64,000 bases of DNA from Planctomyces sp. (GTDB taxonomy: Bacteria; Planctomycetota; Planctomycetia; Planctomycetales; Planctomycetaceae), in assembly GCA_005778115.1 (NCBI GenBank), contig SXKJ01000145.1:13916-77915 (forward strand), read 5' to 3'. The notes below the pieces were generated by a model that had not been told where the DNA came from, did no database searches, and saw only the letters and a list, made by a program, of their open reading frames with translations. Positions 53,614-61,900 of the stretch are shown here, piece by piece. The translations under genes were made by a program, and so were the position numbers. The stretch's first letter is position 1. Every line of letters begins with the position of its first letter.

Positions 53614-53853
53614 ATGGCAAAATTCACCAGCACCGGCTTTCGGCTCGATGACGGGCAGATCGAAGTGGTCGATCAAGCGATCGCGGACGTCATGCGTCAA
53701 AAGAGTCCGGCTGAGAAGATTGCTCTGGTCGGAATTGCTCATCGAACTGCGAAGCGACTACTGGCTGCCGGAATTCGTCACACTCATCCCGATTGGTCCG
53801 ATGACGCAATCCAGGAAGAAGTTTGCCGGAGATTGCTTCATGGAACAAACTGA
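53614..53853 (+). CDS. Small hypothetical protein (79 aa), partner of the downstream nucleotidyltransferase-fold gene
   Basis: Internal ATG at 53614, with a 14-nt overlap with the next gene. SPAEKIALVGIAHRTAKRLLAAGIRHTHPDWSDDAIQEEVCRRLLHG resembles partners I have seen upstream of such NTases. Confidence 0.45.
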   Translation: MAKFTSTGFRLDDGQIEVVDQAIADVMRQKSPAEKIALVGIAHRTAKRLLAAGIRHTHPDWSDDAIQEEVCRRLLHGTN

Positions 53854-54412
53854 CCTGTTGAGATTCGCGGTCGCGGTGTTGGAGCAAATGCAGATTCCGT
53901 ACGGCCTTGTCGGCTCCTACGCGAGCTCCATTTGGGGCGTCGCACGCTTTACCGAAGACATTGATATCGTGGTCGATTTGAAGCTTGGACAAGTCTCCGA
54001 TCTCTGCGCGGCGTTTCCGCAACCGGACTATTACGTCAGCAAAGACGCCGCCAAAGACGCCGTGCGATTGGGGACTCAATTCAACGTCCTAAATCCGGCA
54101 TCGGGAAGCAAACTCGACTTCATGATGTCTCGTGATGATGTCTGGTCGCGATTGCAGTTTCAGCGACGTCAGCGAGTCGATTTTGACTCCGATTTCTCGG
54201 CGTATGCAGTCAGTCCCGAAGATGTGATTCTCAGCAAACTGCGTTATTACAAAGAAGGTGGGTCCGAGAAACATCCGCGAGACATCAGCGGCATCTTGCG
54301 GACACAAAAGGATCGGATCGATCGAGATTACATCGCCCATTGGGCCGAGCAGATGAAGATCATCGATGTCTGGCAAGCCGTCTTACGACGTGATGAGCAA
54401 GGTGGAAACTGA
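53840..54412 (+). CDS. Nucleotidyltransferase-fold protein (190 aa)
   Basis: Internal ATG at 53840. LVGSYASSIWGVARFTEDIDIVV is a G-S...D-I-D motif. The C-terminus has SKLRYYKEGGSEKHPRDISGIL. Confidence 0.6.
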   Translation: MEQTDLLRFAVAVLEQMQIPYGLVGSYASSIWGVARFTEDIDIVVDLKLGQVSDLCAAFPQPDYYVSKDAAKDAVRLGTQFNVLNPASGSKLDFMMSRDDVWSRLQFQRRQRVDFDSDFSAYAVSPEDVILSKLRYYKEGGSEKHPRDISGILRTQKDRIDRDYIAHWAEQMKIIDVWQAVLRRDEQGGN

Positions 54413-54415
54413 GTC

Positions 54416-55807
54416 ATGGCCGAGCAATTTCATTCCAGACGCGAACTCTTACACCGACTCGGTGGCGGTGCGGGGACCATCGCACTCGCGTCGTTACTGT
54501 CGAATCCCGTATCGCAGGGGGCAGAGTCGTCCGCTGAGCGTCGTTTCCACACGCATCATGCTCCGCGGACCAAGCGGGGCATTCAGCTCTTTATGAATGG
54601 TGGTCCGTTTCAAGGGGACTTCTTCGATCCAAAGCCGGCGATCAATCAGTATGCGGGGCAGCGGCCGAAGGAAGTCGAGTTTCGCACCGAGAACAAGACC
54701 GGTGGGCTAATGCCGGTGCCATACGGATATCGGCCGCGCGGCGAGTCGGGATTGCCGGTTAGCGATCTGTTGCCGCAGATTGGCTCGTGCATCGACGACA
54801 TCTGCGTGATTCGCTCGCTGCACTGCGACAATCCGAATCATGGACCGGCTCTGTTTCAGATGAACAACGGCACGATCACGCCGACTCGGCCAAGCATGGG
54901 GTCGTGGATGCTGTATGGCCTCGGCAGCGAGAACGCCGATCTGCCGGGCTACGTTGTGCTCTGCCCCGGCCGGCCGGTGCGGTTTGCAGAGTTGTGGTCC
55001 AGCGCGTTTCTGCCGGGCGAGTTTCAAGGAACGTACATCAATCACACCGATCTCGATCCGGCGAAGCTGTTGCCGAACCTGCGCAGTTCCGACACGAGCC
55101 TCACGCTGTCTCAGCAGCGACGGCAGTTGGAGTTGCTGCGGCGGATCAACGCGAAGCATCTCGAACAGCATCCCGATGAACCGGCACTGGAGGCTCGCAT
55201 CCGTTCGATGGAGACCGCGTTTCGGATGCAGTTCGCGGCGTCGGAGGCGTTTGACATCCGGCTCGAACCGGAGCCGATCCGCGAGGAGTATGGCAAATCG
55301 CATTACGCTCACGGCTGCTTGATGGCTCGGCGCTTGATCGAGCGTGGTGTGCGGTTCGTTCAGGTCTATTACGGTAACGGCCAACCGTGGGACACTCACA
55401 GCAATCACGACGAACAAGTCAAACGCCTGGCTCGCGACATCGACCAGCCGACCGCCGCGCTGCTGCGAGACCTCAAGCGGCGCGGGCTGCTCGAAGACAC
55501 GCTGGTGATCTGGGGTGGCGAGTTCGGCCGCACCTCAACCACCGAGGGAAGCAACGGCCGCGACCACAATCATCTCGGCTTCACGACGTGGCTGGCCGGC
55601 GGCGGCGTCCGCGGCGGCATGACCTACGGAGCCACCGACGACTTCGCTTTCCGAGCCGTCCAAGACAAAGTCCACGTTCGCGACCTGCACGCCACGATTC
55701 TGCACCTGCTCGGCTTCGATCACGAACATCTCACCTACCGCCACGCGGGCCGCGATTACCGGCTGACTGATGTGTCTGGGCGAGTCGTGAGCGAAGTCCT
55801 CGCCTAA
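54416..55807 (+). CDS. DUF1501 domain-containing protein
   Basis: Translation has RRELLHRLGGGAGTIALASLL, GIQLFMNGGPFQGDFFDPKP, WGGEFGRTSTTEGSNGRDHNHLGFTTWLAGGGVRGG. Confidence 0.9.
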   Translation: MAEQFHSRRELLHRLGGGAGTIALASLLSNPVSQGAESSAERRFHTHHAPRTKRGIQLFMNGGPFQGDFFDPKPAINQYAGQRPKEVEFRTENKTGGLMPVPYGYRPRGESGLPVSDLLPQIGSCIDDICVIRSLHCDNPNHGPALFQMNNGTITPTRPSMGSWMLYGLGSENADLPGYVVLCPGRPVRFAELWSSAFLPGEFQGTYINHTDLDPAKLLPNLRSSDTSLTLSQQRRQLELLRRINAKHLEQHPDEPALEARIRSMETAFRMQFAASEAFDIRLEPEPIREEYGKSHYAHGCLMARRLIERGVRFVQVYYGNGQPWDTHSNHDEQVKRLARDIDQPTAALLRDLKRRGLLEDTLVIWGGEFGRTSTTEGSNGRDHNHLGFTTWLAGGGVRGGMTYGATDDFAFRAVQDKVHVRDLHATILHLLGFDHEHLTYRHAGRDYRLTDVSGRVVSEVLA

Positions 55808-55811
55808 CTGT

Positions 55812-55916
55812 CCGGCCGAAAGCTGAGGGCCGAAAGCCGAAAGCCGTTATCACACTTTCCAGCAATCAAAAAGTGTGATAACGGCTTTCGGCGATCGGCT
55901 CACGGCTTTCGGCCGG
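55812..55916. repeat. About 105-bp palindrome (CCGGCCGAAAGC...GCCGAAAGCCGTTATCACACTT / AAGTGTGATAACGGCTTTCGGC...GGCTTTCGGCCGG)
   Basis: Arms at 55812..55857 and 55871..55916. It fills almost the whole gap between the DUF1501 gene and mnmE. Confidence 0.9.
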
Positions 55917-55929
55917 GCTTGAAATACCT

Positions 55930-57348
55930 ATGACTTTGTTGCTTGATGACACGATTGTGGCATTGGCGTCGGCCCCAGGAGTGGGAGGTCGCGGGATCGT
56001 GCGCGTGAGTGGCAGCGATGTGCGGCGGGTGCTCGAACAGCACTTCACGCCAGGCGATGCCGAGCGTTGGACGAAGGCGACTCGTGCGGAGCGGCATGTG
56101 GGTGAGTGGCGATTGGCCGCGGATGTGCCGTGGAACGACGCTCCGTTTCAGAACGGATTGCGCCTGCCGGTTGACGTAGCCTTGTGGCCGACAAAGCGGA
56201 GTTACACAGGACAGCCATTGGCCGAGCTGCACTTGGTCGGTTCGCCAACATTGCTCGAAGCGATGCTGACGCAGCTGTGTCGCAGCGGTTGCCGAGCAGC
56301 TCGGCCGGGTGAATTCACGTTGCGAGCGTTCTTGGCGGGGCGGCTCGATTTGTTGCAGGCGGAGGCAGTACTGGGGGTCATCGACGCGGCGGATCATGTG
56401 GAGTTGGAGCAGGCGTTGCAGCAGTTGGCGGGTGGTATCTCGCAACAGATGGGAACGCTGCGAGCCGAGTTGCTCGATCTGCTGGCGGATTTGGAAGCGG
56501 GGCTGGACTTCGTAGACGAAGACATTGAGTTCGTTTCGCGCGAGCAATTGCTGTCGCGAGTCACGATGGCTCAACAAACGATCTCGGAGTTGTGCGATCA
56601 AGCGTCGCGGCGATTGCAGAGTTCGTCGCGACCAAGTGTCGTTCTGGCGGGATTGCCGAATGCTGGAAAGAGCACGTTGCTCAACGCTCTGACCGGACGA
56701 TCGACGGCGCTCGTTTCCGAAGTCAGCGGGACGACGCGCGACTATCTCCGTGTGCCATTGGATCGAGACGACTTGCACGTCGATCTAATCGACACGGCCG
56801 GTTGGGATTCGAAGACGAGCGGGATCGAAGCAGTGGCTCAACAGCGGCGGCATGAGCAGTGGCAGCAAGCGGACTTGATCGCGTGGTGCAGCGATTTATC
56901 TGCCGGTTCGGCGCGGGACGAGCAGTTGTTTGCAGAGTTACGCGACGAGGAGCGGCCGGTCGTTTGGGTGGGAACAAAAGCGGATCGAGTCCCCGTAGCT
57001 TGGACGCCCTCGTTTGAGTGCCCGGAGGTAGGCGTCCGAGCTACGGTCAGTGCGCGTGATGGTCGCGGGCTCGACGAATTGTGTGCTCTGTTGGCCATAA
57101 GGCTGTCGGCAGAATCGCATGGACGGCGACAGTGGATCGGCATGACCGCGGCTCGATGTCAGAACAGCCTGCTCGCAGCGCGGGACGCGCTCGGCCAAAC
57201 ACTTGAAGCGGCAAGCCTGGGGTTGAGTGATGACTTGGTGATCGTTGAATTGCGCGACGTGCTTGAACATCTCGGCCACATTGTCGGCGCGGTTTACACC
57301 GACGACGTGCTCGATCGCGTCTTCAGCAGGTTCTGCATTGGAAAGTAG
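55930..57348 (+). CDS. mnmE: tRNA modification GTPase MnmE (TrmE)
   Basis: Translation has DTIVALASAPGVGGRGIVRVSG, GEFTLRAFLAGRLDLLQAEAV, the G-domain motifs GLPNAGKSTLLNAL and DTAG, and the canonical C-terminal FCIGK. Confidence 0.92.
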   Translation: MTLLLDDTIVALASAPGVGGRGIVRVSGSDVRRVLEQHFTPGDAERWTKATRAERHVGEWRLAADVPWNDAPFQNGLRLPVDVALWPTKRSYTGQPLAELHLVGSPTLLEAMLTQLCRSGCRAARPGEFTLRAFLAGRLDLLQAEAVLGVIDAADHVELEQALQQLAGGISQQMGTLRAELLDLLADLEAGLDFVDEDIEFVSREQLLSRVTMAQQTISELCDQASRRLQSSSRPSVVLAGLPNAGKSTLLNALTGRSTALVSEVSGTTRDYLRVPLDRDDLHVDLIDTAGWDSKTSGIEAVAQQRRHEQWQQADLIAWCSDLSAGSARDEQLFAELRDEERPVVWVGTKADRVPVAWTPSFECPEVGVRATVSARDGRGLDELCALLAIRLSAESHGRRQWIGMTAARCQNSLLAARDALGQTLEAASLGLSDDLVIVELRDVLEHLGHIVGAVYTDDVLDRVFSRFCIGK

Positions 57349-57369
57349 GTCAGCCTTTCCAGGCTGACT
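57346..57369. repeat. GTAGGTCAGCCtttccAGGCTGAC hairpin; its TAG is the mnmE stop codon
   Basis: Read from the sequence. It belongs to the same family as 10701..10727 and 10755..10782. Confidence 0.8.
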
Positions 57370-57606
57370 GAAGCGGCAGAATCGATTGCTGGTGAAGCAG
57401 GTCGGATTATCGAGGGGGAATCAGAAACAGCAAACCGCAGCGCCGGCGACGTTTGGTTGCAGGCGAGTAACGCAGGCGGATAGAGCGAGTCTACCGGTCT
57501 TCGCCCAAATTGTTTCCGTGCCCTCGGAGTTCAGCGATGTCCACTCCACCGTTTGACGAAGTGCGAGGCAGTCTCGTACCGCCACTTCGGCTGGGCAGTG
57601 TGGAGA

Positions 57607-58743
57607 ATGGCTGAAAAACCAAATGAGCTGCAGGCGTCGTCGTCGGAATACCGAGAGGTACGGTTTGAGTATTCAACCGACTTTCCGATCGTGCTGTCGC
57701 AGTTGAAGATTTCGCTGCTGGTGTCCACCTACCAGGCGGGCAAGCTGGCCGTGATCGGCACGCATGACGGCAAAGTGACGTTTGACTTTCACCAATTGGA
57801 CCGAGCGATGGGCATCGCCGTCGGCCCACGCCGGATCGCTCTGGGGGCACGGCGGCAGATTTACTTCCTGCACGCCAACCACGAATTGGCTCCGAACCTG
57901 GAACCGCGTGGAACGCGCGACGCCTGTTGGGTGACTCGGAGTTCATTCTTCACGGGCAACATTCACGGACATGAGCTGGCATGGGGATCCGACGGTTTGT
58001 GGGTCGTCAACACGCTGTTCTCGACGCTGTGTACGCTGCATGAAGACTACAGCTTTGTGCCGCGCTGGCGTCCGCCGTTCATTCGGGAACTGGCGGCCGA
58101 AGATCGTTGCCACCTCAACGGTCTGGCAATGCAGAATGGGCAGCCAAAGTTTGTCACGGCCATGTCCGAGACCAACACGGCGGGAGGCTGGCGTCCGACG
58201 AAGGCCAGCACCGGTTGCGTGATTGACGTTCCGAGTGGCGAGGTCGTCGCGCGCGGCTTCGCGATGCCGCATTCGCCACGGCTGCACGAAGGCCGACTGT
58301 GGGTGCTCGATTCAGGGCGAGGTCATCTGGCCTTGGTCGATCCGGCGACGGGACGCAGCGAGAGCGTCGAAAGCGTGCCGGGTTACACGCGCGGGATGAG
58401 CCTCGTGGGGCCGTTCGCGTTCGTGGGCCTCTCGCGTATTCGAGAGACATCGGTGTTCGGCGGGCTGACGATCGAAGAACGCCGCGACGAACTGCGATGT
58501 GGCATTGCGGTCATTGACCTGCGGATTGGCCGGACGGTCGCGGTTCTGAATTTTCTGTCGGGCGTCGAAGAAATCTTCGCGGTCGAGGTGCTGCCGAATT
58601 GTCGCGCCCCCACGCTCTTCGGCCCGCTGGTGGATGACAGCGGCCCGGAAGCCGCCGGCCGGCCGAAGGATGTCTGGATCGTGCCGCCCGAAGGACAAGT
58701 TCCACCTCCGACGTCTCACACGTTCGGCACATCAACCAAGTGA
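57607..58743 (+). CDS. TIGR03032-like conserved hypothetical protein
   Basis: Internal ATG at 57607. FPIVLSQLKISLLVSTYQAGKLAVIG...LDRAMGIAV...RQIYFL...CHLNGLAM...PHSPRLHEGRLWVLDSGRG...PGYTRGMSLVGPFAFVGLS matches my recollection of that family. Confidence 0.65.
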   Translation: MAEKPNELQASSSEYREVRFEYSTDFPIVLSQLKISLLVSTYQAGKLAVIGTHDGKVTFDFHQLDRAMGIAVGPRRIALGARRQIYFLHANHELAPNLEPRGTRDACWVTRSSFFTGNIHGHELAWGSDGLWVVNTLFSTLCTLHEDYSFVPRWRPPFIRELAAEDRCHLNGLAMQNGQPKFVTAMSETNTAGGWRPTKASTGCVIDVPSGEVVARGFAMPHSPRLHEGRLWVLDSGRGHLALVDPATGRSESVESVPGYTRGMSLVGPFAFVGLSRIRETSVFGGLTIEERRDELRCGIAVIDLRIGRTVAVLNFLSGVEEIFAVEVLPNCRAPTLFGPLVDDSGPEAAGRPKDVWIVPPEGQVPPPTSHTFGTSTK

Positions 58744-58788
58744 TTCATGGTCAACACGGAAAGTTCATGGAGAGGCGACAGATCCATT

Positions 58789-58883
58789 AGCCGGAACGCG
58801 CTAGCGTCCGGTTCGTGTGTCTGTTGCACCTCTGATTCAGGTGTCTGATGCACCTCCGAATCGGACGCTAGCGCGTTCCGGCT
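58789..58883. repeat. About 95-bp palindromic element with perfect 22-bp arms and an internal 19-nt direct repeat
   Basis: AGCCGGAACGCGCTAGCGTCCG (58789..58810) pairs with CGGACGCTAGCGCGTTCCGGCT (58862..58883). The inner direct repeats are GTGTCTGTTGCACCTCTGA and GTGTCTGATGCACCTCCGA. Confidence 0.9.
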
Positions 58884-58928
58884 GATTTGTCTCGAACCCA
58901 ACAACGCCTTTCAGGGAGTCCGCTCAAC

Positions 58929-61900
58929 ATGGTCCTTCGCAATTGGCTGAATAGCGTCCAACGGTTTCTGCCCGCTCTGAGTTCTCAACGCCGGACGCGG
59001 CGGCGTGGGCTTGACCGATGTGGTGATCGTGGATCGCGGAACGTGCGTCATGCGGTGGAGTGCCTGGAAGGTCGTGCGTTGCTGAGCGGGGCGAACCTCG
59101 TCGTGGACATCAACGAGGAGTTGATTGATCTGTCGGTGGGGGATGGATCGAGTTCTGGTCCGAGTTACCTGGTCGAAATCAATGGCACGCTGTTCTTTGC
59201 TGCGGGCAACAACGAGACCGGGCGCGAGCTGTGGAAATCAGACGGGACTACTGCCGGGACCGTGCGCGTGAGGGACATCTTTGTGGGGAGCGGCGGTTCG
59301 TATCCCAGTGAGCTGACGAATGTCGGAGGGACTCTGTTGTTTACGGCAGACGATGGAATTCGAGGTCGGGCGTTGTGGAAGTCGGACGGCACGACGGCGG
59401 GCACCGTGCTGGTGAAGGATTTCTTTTTTGGTCTCGGACTTTCTGGTGCGAACTTTTTGGTGAACGTCGAAGGGACGCTGTTCTTCAGAACCGACAATCG
59501 GTTCGACGGCGAACTGTGGAAGTCGGACGGCACCGAGTCGGGGACCGTCCAAGTGAAAGACATCAACCCGGGCGGGAGCAGCTCGAATCCGTATCCACTG
59601 GCGAGCATCGGGGGAACGCTGTTCTTCAGCGCCAACGACGTCACTCATGGAGCTGAGTTGTGGAAGACCGACGGCACGGAGGCGGGCACGGTGCTGGTCA
59701 AAGACATTAATGAGGGAGCCGGTAGCGGAGTTTTCGGCTTTACGGATTCGGCTGTCGTGGGGAGCACGCTGTTCTTTCAAGCGAATGACGGAATCAACGG
59801 CCCCGAACTCTGGAAAACGGATGGGACCGAAGCGGGCACCGTCTTGGTCAAGGACATCCGGGAGGGAGACGGCCCTACCTATCTGTCTTATTTCACCAAC
59901 GTAGGCGGCACGCTGTTCTTTTCCGCGTATGATCGTGTCAACGGCCGCGAGTTGTGGAAGTCGGACGGTTCGGAAGCGGGGACCGTGCTCGTCAAAGACA
60001 TTGATGCCGAGAATCCGGTTTTCCTAGGCTCGAATCCCCAAGACTTGTTCAACTTTGGAGGCACGTTGTTCTTTTCGGCCAGCGACGGCTTCGTTGGCGA
60101 AGAGCTGTGGAAATCGGACGGCACGGAAGCGGGCACGGTCCTCGTCAAAGACATCCGACCTCAGATCTTTGGCGGTGAGGGGTCGGCTCCAAGAGGATTC
60201 ACCATCCATGACGGCGCGCTGTTCTTCAGTGCCGGCGACGGGAGCAACGGCGTTGAGCTTTGGAAAACGGACGGCACGGAGTCGGGCACGGTGCTGGTCG
60301 ATGACATCGCCCCGGACGGATCGGCATTTCCCTCGGAGTTGACCAGCGTAGGTGGGACGCTGCTGTTTCGAGCCACGGACGGAAGCAACGGAACCGAGCT
60401 TTGGAAATCCAACGGCACCTCGAACAATGAATTGGTCAAGGACATCAACTCGTCCAACTTCGACTCGCAATCCCCCTTCAACCTCGGTTCGGTGGCGAGT
60501 CTGGGAGACACGTTGATCTTCAGCGCGGCGGATGGCGTGACCTTCGGCGGGACGTTGCGGAGATCGGATGGAACCAGCGGCGACACGCGGCGAGTTCGAG
60601 ATGCGGTCGACTTTCCGGACGCCCCCAACCCATTTGAAGAGCGTGATCTGACCACCGTCGGGAACCTGGTTTACTTCAGCGCCTCAAGCTCCATTGACGG
60701 GATCGGCACCGGGCGCGAACTGTGGGTGACGGATGGCACGGAACTGGGCACCGTGCTCGTCATGAATATCGCCGAGGAGGTCGAATCGGGCGGCGTCATT
60801 CTCGTCTTCAGCTCCGACCCCCGCTCGTTCACAGACGTCGGTGGGACGGCGTTCTTCAGCGCCAGTGACGGGATTCACGGCCGCGAATTGTGGAAGGCCA
60901 GCGGTTCGAGCGGTGCCCTGCTGGTCAAAGACATCAACACGGAGAATGGCACCAACGCTTACGCCAGTTCGTCGCCAGACTATCTGGCGAACGTCGGAGG
61001 CATTCTGTTCTTTGCCGCGAATGATGGGATCAACGGAACCGAATTGTGGAAGTCGGACGGCACGGAAGCCGGCACGGTGCTCGTCAAGGATATCATTGAA
61101 GGAGTCAACGGTTCCGCGCCGCGTGAATTGACCAACGTGAACGGCACGCTGTTCTTTGTCGCCGACGACGGCATCAATGGAGAGCAACTCTGGAAGTCCG
61201 ATGGCACCACAGCGGGCACGGTGCTCGTCAAGGAAAATCGCGTCGAAGGTTTCGATTATTTGTTTTTGCGATTGTCCGAGTTGACGGCCGTGGGGGATAC
61301 GTTGTTCTTCAACGCCGATGACGGGATCAACGGATACGAACTGTGGAAGTCGGACGGCACGGAAGCGGGCACGGTGCTCGTCAGAGACATCAACACGGGC
61401 GAAGGTTTCTATGGCGACTCCCGCCCGTCCCTGCTGACGGCCGTGGGAGACACGCTGTACTTCGTCGCCGACGACGGAATCCACGGGTTCGAGCTGTGGA
61501 AATCGAACGGCACGGAAGCGGGCACCCTGCTGGTCGAAGACATCCGCGTGGGAGAAGATCCCTCGTTGATCCAGTCTTTGACGAATGTGGGGGGCACGCT
61601 GTACTTCCGAGCGAATGACGGCATCACCGGAGATGAAGTCTGGAAATCCGACGGCACTGCCGGGGGCACGATCATCGTCGCGGACATTGGTGAGGAAGGC
61701 GGCTCGAACCCGCAGAATTTCATCAACGTCAACGGACGCTTGTTCTTCACGGCGACCGACAACGAGTTCGGCAACGAATTGCGACTTTTTGAACCCCCGG
61801 AAGAGGAACCAATTCCATCCGTCACTCTGAGTGTCGCGCCCGAGACGCTCGCGGAAGCCGCGGGGACGACGACCGTCACAGCCACATTGTCCGCGGCATC

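Noticed and set aside
44918-54412. Calling the 9.5-kb block between the DUF1553 and DUF1501 genes a genomic island or mobile element.
   Set aside because: There is no integrase, transposase, flanking direct repeats or tRNA target. It is kept only as a synteny question.
59180-61800. Regular ~150-nt periodicity that could be mistaken for a CRISPR-like or satellite array.
   Set aside because: The period is variable and there is no repeat/spacer alternation. The whole region is one open reading frame encoding ELWxxDG protein repeats.
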